33,423 bases of DNA from a virus. Its lineage: Duplodnaviria; Caudoviricetes. Below, in pieces: positions 18,902 through 28,538 of this stretch. The number at the start of each line of letters is the position of its first letter. Position 1 is the stretch's first letter. The translations under genes were made by a program, and so were the position numbers. The stretch lies in the IMG/VR virus record IMGVR_UViG_3300006875_000077, positions 1 to 33,423 of that record; one strand, written 5' to 3'. The notes beneath the pieces were generated by a model that was not told the DNA's origin, did no database searches, and worked only from the letters and a program-made list of their open reading frames with translations.

Positions 18902-19069
18902 TTATTTGTTTTCAGACACAGCGTCAAAAGGCTCCTCTTTATCAGCTGTGTCTTTTTCTTTCGTTTTATCGCTATACTTTTGCTTTGCATAACGATAAGC
19001 AACATCCGCCGCTTGTTGATAGCGGCGTAAATCTGTTGTTTCACCAGAATCTAAATTTTTAGAATCCAT
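18902..19069 (-). CDS. 55-aa charged protein (not in the ORF track)
   Basis: MDSKNLDSGETTDLRRYQQAADVAYRYAKQKYSDKTKEKDTADKEEPFDAVSENK exactly fills the gap between its neighbours. Confidence 0.7.
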   Translation of the reverse strand: MDSKNLDSGETTDLRRYQQAADVAYRYAKQKYSDKTKEKDTADKEEPFDAVSENK

Positions 19070-19072
19070 TGA

Positions 19073-19348
19073 TTAGAAGTTTGCCATCATATTGGCAAGG
19101 CCTTGAGTGACAGTTTGACGCTGAACTTGACGACCTTTTTGGGCACCTTGACGAAGCTTGGAAGACTCAAGACGATTAATTAATGTGTCAAAGTCTTGAA
19201 GCTCAGCTTTAGACATGCCACCGCCGTATTCGCGGTTTTGCAGTTCGTTATAGAGCTCTTGGGCTTCAGCTGCGCCCATCCCCCCTTGAGTTAAGGAAGC
19301 TACGGAAGGAATGGCACCACGGTTTGGCTGCGTAAAAGAATAAGCCAT
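19073..19348 (-). CDS. Hypothetical protein, possible internal virion protein
   Basis: 91 aa, ends GLANMMANF, TAAAAT box upstream. Confidence 0.7.
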   Translation of the reverse strand: MAYSFTQPNRGAIPSVASLTQGGMGAAEAQELYNELQNREYGGGMSKAELQDFDTLINRLESSKLRQGAQKGRQVQRQTVTQGLANMMANF

Positions 19349-19390
19349 TATTAACCCTAAAGGTTTACAACTATATTTTAACGCCTGTAA

Positions 19391-19960
19391 TTAAAAATTA
19401 AAGGCGCCCATCAGACTACTAAACATCTCGGAGCCTCGCTTGATCCTTTGCATTTCACGATAACCTGAATTAACAATTTTCTGTACGTCCAACTTACCTT
19501 GAACTTCTTGTGCTCCAACTGCAAGATTATTTTCGTTGATTAATTTTTGGCGTTCGGTGGCACCTGCCTGCCTAATTTCTTCGATTTGTTTATCAACGCC
19601 TTTTCCGTAAAAACCAGTTGCAGCTTGAAGTGTTGCAAAATCAACTTGACCTGGAGTTGTGGTGCCGTCAATGGTAGCCGTTAAAGGATTTGTAGACGCA
19701 TAACCAAGATCAAAAGGCCCTACTTGAGTTGAAGAGCTTGTATTATTAAGAACAGAATCAAAAGAAGAAGTTTGAGAAGGCGAATAAACAGACTGATTAG
19801 CTACTGACGATGAAGCAGGCGATACGTAAGCGTTGTTTGCAGCACGCTCTCTAATTTCCGACTTGGGAACATCAAACTGAGCTGCAAGCTGTTTAATTTC
19901 TTTCTTTGTTAATTCACCGCCACTTTTTTCGGCTTGTTTGATCTCTTTTTTAATGCCCAT
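19391..19960 (-). CDS. Hypothetical protein, possible internal virion protein
   Basis: 189 aa, ends MFSSLMGAFNF. Confidence 0.7.
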   Translation of the reverse strand: MGIKKEIKQAEKSGGELTKKEIKQLAAQFDVPKSEIRERAANNAYVSPASSSVANQSVYSPSQTSSFDSVLNNTSSSTQVGPFDLGYASTNPLTATIDGTTTPGQVDFATLQAATGFYGKGVDKQIEEIRQAGATERQKLINENNLAVGAQEVQGKLDVQKIVNSGYREMQRIKRGSEMFSSLMGAFNF

Positions 19961-19996
19961 GTTAACCTCTATTTGCGTTCTTAAGTTTAATTAATA

Positions 19997-20629
19997 TTAA
20001 GTTGTGCCGAGCACGCTGCCAAGCATTGATTGAGAAATTTCTTTTGCTTTGGCAAGATCAAAGTTAACCATGCCGCGCCTTAGTGTGCCATCTGGATTGC
20101 GTTGCATGTTTCCATATTGTGATTCCCAGGCAATGTCGTAAGGTGTTTTTGCTTTACCAGATGCAAGTAATGAGCGTCGAACTTCAGTGCTAAATGCTTG
20201 AGGACTGCGGATATTTTGAGATTTTGCAATATTAATTAAATTTTGAAAATCGGACTCAGGAAGATTTAGACCTTGCTCTCCATAGGCTTGGGAAGCAAAC
20301 TCGCGATATGGACCGCCTTCCCAATCAATTGGTTGTTTATAACTACGGCGAAGAGCTTTATCAATAAATTTAGAATTAGAATAACGACCTGCCAGCGACT
20401 GAAGATATGCTTCTCTGGAGCCAGGGTCTGTATATGTTTTAGCTTCAGCTTTAATGGCTTTACGTGTTGATTTGGGAGCAACAACTTGTTGCATACCATA
20501 GTCTTCTAACGCCGTCATTAACGGTGACGGCTCATAGGTAGGCACACCACTGCCGCCGATAGCGCCCCCTAAAAATGATCCTCCTGCACTAAGGCCTAAG
20601 CCAAGTGCACCCATTGTAAACGGATCCAT
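19997..20629 (-). CDS. Putative ejection/pilot-like protein
   Basis: N-terminus MDPFTMGALGLGLSAGGSFLGGAIGG has the Gly-rich hydrophobic style of DNA ejection proteins (inference). Confidence 0.65.
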   Translation of the reverse strand: MDPFTMGALGLGLSAGGSFLGGAIGGSGVPTYEPSPLMTALEDYGMQQVVAPKSTRKAIKAEAKTYTDPGSREAYLQSLAGRYSNSKFIDKALRRSYKQPIDWEGGPYREFASQAYGEQGLNLPESDFQNLINIAKSQNIRSPQAFSTEVRRSLLASGKAKTPYDIAWESQYGNMQRNPDGTLRRGMVNFDLAKAKEISQSMLGSVLGTT

Positions 20630-20671
20630 TTATCCGATGTCGTCTATTTTTTTATTTTAACTGACAATAAT

Positions 20672-21136
20672 TTAAGCGACAAAAGCACCAAAGTCTCCAT
20701 ATTTACCCGCTAACGCTGGCAAGTTTTCACGCAAACGAGCTTGACGGTACGGACCAGCATTTGCTTGGATTTGTGCAGCACGAATGGGATCGTTTAAAGA
20801 ACGAAAACGATCAATATTTTGTGCAAGCATTCCCTGGCCAAAGTTAGCGCCGAACATTGCGTTCTGCGCTTCATAGGTATTGGCAAGAGATTTATTCATG
20901 GCACCCTGCTGCATGCCAGCCATAACAGAGTTTGCACCCGTGCTTAGGGCCATCATGGGACCTAAACCCTGGAACAAACCTTGTCCACCACCAAAGGATC
21001 CATAGTCAGTGCCAGCAAAACCACCGACGTTTAAGTCAGTGCCGCCAAACGGACTATCAGCTAAAGCCCCGCCAATATCAAAAGCACCCGCCGAATCAAT
21101 TGCAAAAGAAGGATCTAAGAAATAATTCATGATCAA
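20672..21136 (-). CDS. Gly/Ala/Gln-rich hypothetical protein
   Basis: 154-aa ORF in tandem with its neighbours. The start may be the internal ATG at 21130. Confidence 0.7.
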   Translation of the reverse strand: MIMNYFLDPSFAIDSAGAFDIGGALADSPFGGTDLNVGGFAGTDYGSFGGGQGLFQGLGPMMALSTGANSVMAGMQQGAMNKSLANTYEAQNAMFGANFGQGMLAQNIDRFRSLNDPIRAAQIQANAGPYRQARLRENLPALAGKYGDFGAFVA

Positions 21137-21573
21137 AGACTTACATATTGACGGGGAGTAAAGAAGGAGGAAGGGCGCCCAACCGTTTGAGAAATTGCTT
21201 GCAATGTCTCAGGAACATAATAATGCTGAGCAGCCATTGCACGAGAGAATTTATTAGGCATATCAAGGAAGTTTGCAAATAATGCAGACTCCATCCCAAG
21301 ACGCTGGTTTTCTCGTGCCACTTCCTTTTGATAGGGTCCCAAGATACCAAGAATTTCTTCAAGTTGTTTTTTAGTATTTGGTTTTTCTAGTTTGGTAAGA
21401 GCGTACAACCCAGCAATGTTGGAATCAATGCCAAGATCTTTGAGTGTTTTTGCGTACTGAGAAAGTTTATTTGTGTTTGCCAGTAAATAATCTTCCTCTT
21501 CTTGATCAAGAGCACTTTGCCCAAAACCAGCTGTATTAATTGTTCCGCCGTAATTAAAAGCCATGTTTATCAC
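21133..21573 (-). CDS. Hypothetical protein
   Basis: 146-aa ORF. The start may be the ATG at 21564. Confidence 0.7.
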   Translation of the reverse strand: MINMAFNYGGTINTAGFGQSALDQEEEDYLLANTNKLSQYAKTLKDLGIDSNIAGLYALTKLEKPNTKKQLEEILGILGPYQKEVARENQRLGMESALFANFLDMPNKFSRAMAAQHYYVPETLQAISQTVGRPSSFFTPRQYVSL

Positions 21574-22418
21574 CCAAAGCGAATTTGAGGGGCCTGGATT
21601 GTGGCGCCTGCATACGGATTAGTTGTTAAAGCGGTTTGGGCTAAGCCATAATTACCAGCTTGTCCTTGTTGTGCCATCGCACCAGCAGTGGCAAGAACAC
21701 CAAGCTGACCTTGAATTTGACCTTGAAGAGCCATTGCAGTTTGATAACGTGCAAAGTCATTCATCTTGGCTTTTTCAAGTTCTGGAGCCATAGCTTTATA
21801 TTGCTGCAGCATGGCTTGATTTTGGAATGTCGTTAAATCTTGTGTGGCTTGCATGCGAATTGCAAGCTCACGATTTAAACTATCCAAGTTTTGACTCATT
21901 AACTGGCCACGCATGGCCATCTGGGTACTGAATTCTTGCTCTTTACCTTTAGTTGGTTTACCTGTCAAAGATTGACGGGCAGATTCAGCACCAGAGGCAG
22001 CCGCACCTGGAAGTAGCGCACCAAGGCCCATCAAACCAACGCCAGCAACACGTGCAATGGGATTTGGGATCATTGCAAGGCCTGTACCAACCGCGCTAAG
22101 GGCGCCTGGAGCCAAGGCGCCAAGAGCACCTGTGGGACGGCCTTCGTTGATCTCCGAGAGAGCAGTTGTTACACCAGGGATCAAAGAGGCTGCACCAAGA
22201 GCAGGAATGGCGTACTTACCTAAAAAAGCCTGAGCACCCTGAGCACCTCGTTGAAGTTTTTGCTTGAGTTGTTCACGCGTTTGGTTATTAGCAGCAGGAG
22301 TTGCAGCCGCAACTGGATCTACATTGACCCCAAACATACTGTTTTTTGCAGTGATGCGATCAATGGGAGTTGATGGTCCCATCATCCCTTCCATTGGAAA
22401 CGCATAGTTAACGGCCAT
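21570..22418 (-). CDS. Glycine-zipper/Gln-rich putative ejection protein
   Basis: 282 aa: hydrophobic Gly/Ala segments then a Gln/Met-rich helix. TAAAAT box upstream. Confidence 0.7.
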   Translation of the reverse strand: MAVNYAFPMEGMMGPSTPIDRITAKNSMFGVNVDPVAAATPAANNQTREQLKQKLQRGAQGAQAFLGKYAIPALGAASLIPGVTTALSEINEGRPTGALGALAPGALSAVGTGLAMIPNPIARVAGVGLMGLGALLPGAAASGAESARQSLTGKPTKGKEQEFSTQMAMRGQLMSQNLDSLNRELAIRMQATQDLTTFQNQAMLQQYKAMAPELEKAKMNDFARYQTAMALQGQIQGQLGVLATAGAMAQQGQAGNYGLAQTALTTNPYAGATIQAPQIRFG

Positions 22419-22469
22419 TTTTTCTATTCTTTTATGTAAGTTAATTTTATCAGTCTAAACACAAAGGTG

Positions 22470-23453
22470 TTACAGCGGTTTCATCGCTTCGTACTGAGCA
22501 GTAGTTGGTAACTGTTGTTCTGCTGGTTTTGCTGCAAGTGCTGCATTGGCCAAGTTACCTAAAATTGCACCAGCTCCAGCGCCTGTTACCGCACCCGCTA
22601 AACCACGGCGGAAAGCATTTTTAACAAGAGGTGCAGTACGAATAGCTGCTCCGGCGCCGGCAATTCCACCGATCGCAGTGGTAACAGATGGAATTGTAAT
22701 TGGATATCCAAGCATTCGGGCCTCTGGTACACCTTCAAGATTTTCAGGCGTTACTTTAAGAATACCAAGAAATCCCTTGTCCTGGTAATAGTTACGCAAA
22801 TAATTGCCGTAGCGTTCTGGCGTTAAGGAAGGAATTTCTTCTTGAGCTGTTTCATACTTTAGAGGACGTCCTGTACGTCCCAAGAAAAAACGTTCAAACA
22901 ATTCTGTAACAGGTTGAGTTGTTTCACGTCGATCTTCGGAACCTTCTTCTGCATACGTTTGAGCAAACCCTTTGGGCCTAAACATTTCCCCTGGATTTGT
23001 GATGTTGTAAGCACCGGAAAGCGCAGTGGCAGGAATTGCAATGCCTGCGGTAATCAAACCTGTTTTTGTTGGTCCCAGGGCACGGTAAGCTTCTTTGCCG
23101 ATAGCCGTTTCTGATGCAGCACCCATGATGGCAAGAGGGTGGTTATAACGCCAATAAATGCCCCTGGTGCCATCATTAGTTAGATCGGTGAGCAGACGTG
23201 CTCCAAACGCACCAACTGCTTGAACCGGCGTTTCTTTCATGGAAACGCCCAACTTATTTAACTGTTGGTGATAAACGTCGCGTGTGCCGCGAATTTGTTG
23301 AGTTGCTTGACTGACACCAGGAATATCTTTCAGGATACTTGGATAACGTTCACCAGCAAGATAAGCTTTCCTGCTGGCTTCTGCACTTTTGCGAGCACCT
23401 TCAAGTAATTCGTCTTTTGCAGTGCCGATTGTATTTAAAAGCTGTTGAAACAT
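22470..23453 (-). CDS. Hypothetical protein with a C-terminal glycine zipper
   Basis: 327 aa, with AIGGIAGAGAA...GLAGAVTGAGAGAILG. Confidence 0.75.
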   Translation of the reverse strand: MFQQLLNTIGTAKDELLEGARKSAEASRKAYLAGERYPSILKDIPGVSQATQQIRGTRDVYHQQLNKLGVSMKETPVQAVGAFGARLLTDLTNDGTRGIYWRYNHPLAIMGAASETAIGKEAYRALGPTKTGLITAGIAIPATALSGAYNITNPGEMFRPKGFAQTYAEEGSEDRRETTQPVTELFERFFLGRTGRPLKYETAQEEIPSLTPERYGNYLRNYYQDKGFLGILKVTPENLEGVPEARMLGYPITIPSVTTAIGGIAGAGAAIRTAPLVKNAFRRGLAGAVTGAGAGAILGNLANAALAAKPAEQQLPTTAQYEAMKPL

Positions 23454-23454
23454 A

Positions 23455-24006
23455 TCACATCATCCGTGGGTTAAGAGCACTGATTAACTCTTCTTGCTCT
23501 TGCGGTGTTAAGTGTTGCATCCAAGAACTATTGGGAACTTGATTTAATAGCTGTTGAAATTGAGCCTCTGGTAATTGATATTGTGTCCCAGGAGATAAAG
23601 ATGCAATTTCCTGCTCGAGAGGCAGGTTGTTTACTAAAGAACGCTGAAGAATTTGTTGTTCAATTTGCTCTTGTTGTCCACCATAAATAAGTGGAGCAGT
23701 AACGTAACTTGTACCAAGAGAAGCTGCGATATTTAAGGGAGTTTCAAGCTTGCTAGTTTTATTAACTGTATTGACTTCACCGGTATCTAAATCTTTAATT
23801 CGTTGAGTTGAGTAGCTTTTGGGACGTAATTTACGCAATAAGCCAATAGATCCAGCAGAAGCCGCTGTATCCAACAAACTAGATGCAGCTGCCTGTCCTG
23901 GTGAAGCGCCACCAAGAAGGGATACAAAACCGCTAAGTGCCCCACTGGTTAAAGCAGGAGCAGCAATTTGTTTTAGTAGTTGTCCAAATGCTACCCCTGC
24001 AGCCAT
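23455..24006 (-). CDS. Hypothetical protein
   Basis: 183 aa with a hydrophobic Ala/Gly N-terminus and Gln-rich C-terminus. TATAAT box upstream. Confidence 0.7.
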   Translation of the reverse strand: MAAGVAFGQLLKQIAAPALTSGALSGFVSLLGGASPGQAAASSLLDTAASAGSIGLLRKLRPKSYSTQRIKDLDTGEVNTVNKTSKLETPLNIAASLGTSYVTAPLIYGGQQEQIEQQILQRSLVNNLPLEQEIASLSPGTQYQLPEAQFQQLLNQVPNSSWMQHLTPQEQEELISALNPRMM

Positions 24007-24032
24007 GATATCTTTTTCTTTTTATTATAAGA

Positions 24033-24629
24033 CTATGCTGATTCTGGATTTTTAATTGGCTCACCCTTTTTATTTGTTTCTTCTTTAGTTAAAGTTTTAT
24101 CTGTGTTGTTTTTATTTTCCAAAAGTTGAGCAACTGAACGATTGTCTTCAGTCTCATTTAATGCACGTTTTTCAGCGGCAGCCATCATGTAACCCCGTGG
24201 ATCTGGGTTGGCAACACGAGGCATTGGATTGGTTGTTTTTTTGTCTGGATTCATGGTTGGGCTAATGCGATAGGCATCCATCCAAATAGGAGAGTACCCA
24301 GGTTGTTCTTCTGGTCTCAATGGCGTCAAAGGACGACCTTCGTTAAAGTCGTAGCTTTCATTGCGTACAAAACGTCCAATATTGGCAAATACTTCGTATT
24401 GCTCTGGTAGATCACCAACAAAGTTAAGACTGGGGTTTAAAGATAATTTGCGAGTTTGAATTCGACGCAATAAGTCGGACTGTTCAAAGCGACTCGGCAT
24501 CCACGGTGCAGCACCAGTGGAAGCTTTAGAAGCAAACGAGTCATCAAAGTTAAGCTTCCGTTTTTTAACAAACGGATCTTTGGTGTAATCAATATACCTG
24601 TCTAGCGCCAGGCGATGATCTTTAGCCAT
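24033..24629 (-). CDS. Hypothetical protein
   Basis: 198 aa, coupled to the upstream gene (TAATG). Confidence 0.75.
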   Translation of the reverse strand: MAKDHRLALDRYIDYTKDPFVKKRKLNFDDSFASKASTGAAPWMPSRFEQSDLLRRIQTRKLSLNPSLNFVGDLPEQYEVFANIGRFVRNESYDFNEGRPLTPLRPEEQPGYSPIWMDAYRISPTMNPDKKTTNPMPRVANPDPRGYMMAAAEKRALNETEDNRSVAQLLENKNNTDKTLTKEETNKKGEPIKNPESA

Positions 24630-24847
24630 TACTTATTGGATTTTTTCTTCTTATGTAATCCTACTAACGTTTTACGTAAGTTTGCTTGTTTAACAGTTTT
24701 TTCGTCGTATTCATCTGGATTTGCAAGAACATTCTCCTGGAGTTGAGCAGAGGTAATGCCTTTACGTTTAGCTTTAGCCGTAAATGCACCCTCTTTCATA
24801 TCCATGCTCTGGATCCACTTTTTATTTTTCTTTTTTTCTTCAGCCAT
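24629..24847 (-). CDS. Small basic protein, possibly DNA-binding/core
   Basis: 72 aa with Lys-rich ends: KKWIQSMDMKEGAFTAKAKRKG. Confidence 0.7.
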   Translation of the reverse strand: MAEEKKKNKKWIQSMDMKEGAFTAKAKRKGITSAQLQENVLANPDEYDEKTVKQANLRKTLVGLHKKKKSNK

Positions 24848-24849
24848 AG

Positions 24850-27642
24850 TTAACGATTACGACGTTTACCGGCACGACGACCAGCTTGCGCCATTAGTTG
24901 TTTCATTACCACTTCCATATTGGAAGCCCCTGGTTGATACTCTAATTCTACCAAACTTGGAGAAGGCACATTAATTTGAAGTTGTCGTTCAGGATATTGA
25001 TAATCACCACTGAGAACACGCGATGCAGGTCCCATGGCAGCGGCGGCTTGTCCTGTATATGGATTTTGAGTGCGAGCAAAAGAACCTGGAGAACGCACTT
25101 TTAAACCAACCGGTTTTGTTTCCATGCCAGAACGTATTTGTGCCATTTGGGCTCCCAGAGGAGTACTGCTTGCTCCAACTATTTCAGCGGCAGGGATGCC
25201 AAGACTTTTGGCTTGTTGCATAACTTTACGTTGAGACGCAGTGTCTACGCGGGGAGCAAAAAACGCTACGTCAACATCAGCTCCTTCATCACCAACGGTC
25301 ATAGGATCTATACCGCCTCCTCCGCGAACGTCGTAACGCCCTGGAATTGGCCGAGGCTCTCCCTTTTCTGTTTCGTATTGAACGTAACCACCTTGGAAAA
25401 TGGCCTTACCAGTATTTGGATCTCGTTTAACAATACGTTTTCCTTCTGGATCTAAAGCATAAGGTTTTCCATAGACAGGTGTATCTTTTGTAGTTTTGCG
25501 CAAATCAGTTACAAAAGCATGAGCAGCTGCTGGATGATAAGGATTGCCAGTTGTTTTACTAATTTGTTGTTTAAGAACAGGAAGATCAATTCCTTGATTT
25601 ATTAGTGCATTATCAAGGTGCTGAATTAAAAACCCCTGATAATCAAGAGGCGTGCCAATCTCGGATAACAGTTGTCCGGATTGAATGCCAGTAGCAAGTG
25701 CGGCTGGATTATGTGTCTCGAAATAAGCTTTTTTAGCTGTGGAATTATTGAAATAAAGATCGTTACCTTGTTCAATGATACTTTGAAGTTTTTCGCGAGA
25801 TAATGTTAAGTTTGTAAGTTTTTCACTGCCAAGTTTATGGTAACCAAGAAGAGTGCCATCCGGTTTCGTAAGTTTAGTTAAACGGTAACCAACCAAAGGT
25901 TCCTCGCCTACAACTTCTTGACCTGATGTCTCATATAAACGATTATCAGATCCTTTTACAACTTTGTCTCTATAAGCAGTCAAAGGTTGAGTTGAGACTG
26001 CATTAGAAACATGAGGAACAGAAGGTTGATAACCACCAACCAATTTAGAACCTTCAACATTAATGTCTGAAGTTTCAAGCACACCTTGCCGTGGAGTACC
26101 AATTCGACGGCTCGCGCCTTCCAATCTTAAACGCCCTGTTTCAGGATCAATAAAGAAACCTTGGGCAACATCCCCTTCCAAAGTCATGCGTGTAGGAAGG
26201 ACAACATCAAGTTCACGTTCTTGACGCAGTGAACCAGATGCCATGGCTTCTGCATTAGACACTTGTCCTGGAACCATTGTTGTTCCTTTGTTTGTGCGCT
26301 CTTTAAATGCACGGGTTTCTACAAACCCGCCAGGACCCTCAACATCTCCATAATCAGCAGCATTGGTATCGTAATCACTGGTGCGACCGCGTTGTGTATT
26401 AATAGCTTCAAGATCCGGAGAAAGATCAATATCATAATTTCCAGTGCGTGGATTATACGCAAGAACGTCTGAACCAAATTCACCAATTACTTCTACATCT
26501 CCACGACCGGTCATGCCTCCACCCGCTTCTGGCACTTCATAAGTTAAATTGCGCCCAACACGACCACCACGTTCAGACAATGTTGTCCCAAGAAGATCTG
26601 AAACAGCTGAAGTAGGAACTTCTGGATCCAAAAGAGCAGCAATATCTAGCTGCGTCATTTGGTCCATGGTGCCGGGGCGATAGTCACTTGCAGATGCAGA
26701 AATACGATGGAAAATTTCTTCTTGTGTTAAACCAAAGTGAGGACCAAGTTTTTGCAACGCACGTGCATTAGTAGGAGCTTTACTTTTTTGAGCAGCAAGC
26801 GCTTCTTGAGCAAGATATGCAGCACGTTGTTCTGTGGCCTCTGAAGTATTGAGTTCAGTTGCTGGAGCAGCAACACCGCCAAACTCCAACATTATTTTTT
26901 GTTGTCTTGGAGTTAAACCTGTTTTTGTAAAATTAAGGTCACGTTGTGCAGGTTGTGTTGTAACACGTGCAACTGCTTGGTCAATGCCAGTGTCATTTGC
27001 TTGGTTTTGTTGAGCAACAACTTCAAGATCAACAGTTGCTTGAGGAATAGCTGCAGTTTCTTCATCGCGACGCAACTGAAGAAGAACATTTTTGGCACGT
27101 GCTTTTTCTTGTGATTCAACACCCTGAACCACACGAGCAGCACGCCTCATTTCAGCTTGTGCTTCTGGTGTTAAAGAATATTCCTCAGCTTCTTGCAGTT
27201 CTAAACGTTTTTGAAACTCCGGATCATTAATAAAGGCATTTAGATCGACTGTGGCCTGTGGGATAGCGGCAGGTGGCGTTGCAACCTTTGATGGTTTAAC
27301 TTCCTGCTCAAGCTTGGAATACACCTCTGCAGACGGCGGAGTTGCAGCTTGAGCAACGTAAATATCGCTAGGTTTAGGCGTACGTGGTGAAGAAGGAATT
27401 GGTTGACGCGTCTTAGTGCCACGACCACCGAGTAAATATGCACCACCAGCTAAAGCACTGAGTCCAAGAGCAGCAAGTCCCAGGATTCCAGGGAGATTTG
27501 ACTCTTGTTGTGGTGCACGCAGCTGATTGCGACGAAATTCAAGTACATCAGGCACTAATTCAGCCCGTTCTTCAGGATCTTCTGGCACTGGCACTCCAGT
27601 TGCACGGCTATACGCATAAAAATCTGCAGGTGCCAGGGCCAT
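24850..27642 (-). CDS. Large hypothetical protein (930 aa), possible internal virion protein
   Basis: Long ORF with one hydrophobic segment near residues 50-72. No recognisable enzyme motif. Confidence 0.85.
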   Translation of the reverse strand: MALAPADFYAYSRATGVPVPEDPEERAELVPDVLEFRRNQLRAPQQESNLPGILGLAALGLSALAGGAYLLGGRGTKTRQPIPSSPRTPKPSDIYVAQAATPPSAEVYSKLEQEVKPSKVATPPAAIPQATVDLNAFINDPEFQKRLELQEAEEYSLTPEAQAEMRRAARVVQGVESQEKARAKNVLLQLRRDEETAAIPQATVDLEVVAQQNQANDTGIDQAVARVTTQPAQRDLNFTKTGLTPRQQKIMLEFGGVAAPATELNTSEATEQRAAYLAQEALAAQKSKAPTNARALQKLGPHFGLTQEEIFHRISASASDYRPGTMDQMTQLDIAALLDPEVPTSAVSDLLGTTLSERGGRVGRNLTYEVPEAGGGMTGRGDVEVIGEFGSDVLAYNPRTGNYDIDLSPDLEAINTQRGRTSDYDTNAADYGDVEGPGGFVETRAFKERTNKGTTMVPGQVSNAEAMASGSLRQERELDVVLPTRMTLEGDVAQGFFIDPETGRLRLEGASRRIGTPRQGVLETSDINVEGSKLVGGYQPSVPHVSNAVSTQPLTAYRDKVVKGSDNRLYETSGQEVVGEEPLVGYRLTKLTKPDGTLLGYHKLGSEKLTNLTLSREKLQSIIEQGNDLYFNNSTAKKAYFETHNPAALATGIQSGQLLSEIGTPLDYQGFLIQHLDNALINQGIDLPVLKQQISKTTGNPYHPAAAHAFVTDLRKTTKDTPVYGKPYALDPEGKRIVKRDPNTGKAIFQGGYVQYETEKGEPRPIPGRYDVRGGGGIDPMTVGDEGADVDVAFFAPRVDTASQRKVMQQAKSLGIPAAEIVGASSTPLGAQMAQIRSGMETKPVGLKVRSPGSFARTQNPYTGQAAAAMGPASRVLSGDYQYPERQLQINVPSPSLVELEYQPGASNMEVVMKQLMAQAGRRAGKRRNR

Positions 27643-27679
27643 AGTTACTGTATGGTTTGCTATACATCTTTGTGATTTA

Positions 27680-27717
27680 ATTTTAGGTCATAAAAACGCA
27701 ATAACATGCGTTAAAGT
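27680..27717. promoter_or_regulatory. Back-to-back -10 boxes with an intervening inverted repeat
   Basis: TAAAAT (minus, 27685-27680), TAAAGT (plus, 27712-27717), and AACGCA-N6-TGCGTT at 27695-27712. Confidence 0.45.
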
Positions 27718-27764
27718 AGTAACAGAAAGACAAACTTGGTTTTGATTAAGGGCGCAAGACGGAA

Positions 27765-27971
27765 ATGAACCCTAAAAATCGTGCAGAACGCGTTATTGCA
27801 ATAGATGCAATTGCAAATGAAGCGCAAAAAATGGCGGAAAGTGGGGCAGATGCGTTGGATGTACAAAAATTTACGATTGGCGCCAGGAAAGAATTGGCAA
27901 AACAACGGCCAGACGTTGAAAATTACTTTGATGCAGCAGTTGCAGCTAAAAAAGCAAAAGATAAAAGTTGA
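27765..27971 (+). CDS. Hypothetical 68-aa protein, monocistronic
   Basis: ATG ORF divergent from the structural block and followed by a terminator. Confidence 0.75.
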   Translation: MNPKNRAERVIAIDAIANEAQKMAESGADALDVQKFTIGARKELAKQRPDVENYFDAAVAAKKAKDKS

Positions 27972-28001
27972 ATAAGTAAAAACAACCACAAATTAAAGGT
28001 C

Positions 28002-28029
28002 AGCCGGGGATAAAACCCCGGCTTTTTTT
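28002..28029 (+). terminator. Rho-independent terminator
   Basis: AGCCGGGG-ATAAAA-CCCCGGCT followed by TTTTTT. Confidence 0.9.
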
Positions 28030-28205
28030 GTATCAAAACTTGGGTAAAACTATATAAATACATACACTGTTTCGGTTTTACTTCAACAAAAGCGCCCTAT
28101 ATAGGTCAAAAAAGGGTAAAAAATTACCTGACGCTTCTACAACACCCCTCGCGAAGTGAAATACGGGAAGAAAAAAAAGAATAGCGGGGTAGGTAAGTAA
28201 TTGAA

Positions 28206-28233
28206 CGGGGGCTGCGCATCCGTAACACGCAGA
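28206..28233 (+). repeat. 28-nt leader repeat copy 1 (predicted H-type pseudoknot)
   Basis: CGGGGGCTGCGCATCCGTAACACGCAGA, 27/28 identical to 28722-28749. Confidence 0.85.
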
Positions 28234-28253
28234 GTACCATCGCGTTTAGTTCA

Positions 28254-28538
28254 ATGCAAGCACAGAAGACCAAGCGTTGGCAGTACGACTGGCGTCGTAA
28301 GGTAGGCGAGCGTCCTACATCTGAGAATGCCGAGCTATTCCACCAGTATGTGGAGTATGCGTACCAGGCGATCGAGGAGTTTCAGCACGCAGCGTTTCCT
28401 TACTCCGACGTCAGGCAAGTATGCCAACCACAGTATCTCTTCCAAGTGGTAAGTGACATGCGAAGCGATAAGCTGAGCATGCGCATTTATCAGAACGAGG
28501 AAGGACTGAAGTTGGTCGTTATCCACAGCGTAGGCTGA
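28254..28538 (+). CDS. Hypothetical early-type protein
   Basis: 94-aa ATG ORF starting 20 nt after leader repeat 1. Confidence 0.75.
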   Translation: MQAQKTKRWQYDWRRKVGERPTSENAELFHQYVEYAYQAIEEFQHAAFPYSDVRQVCQPQYLFQVVSDMRSDKLSMRIYQNEEGLKLVVIHSVG

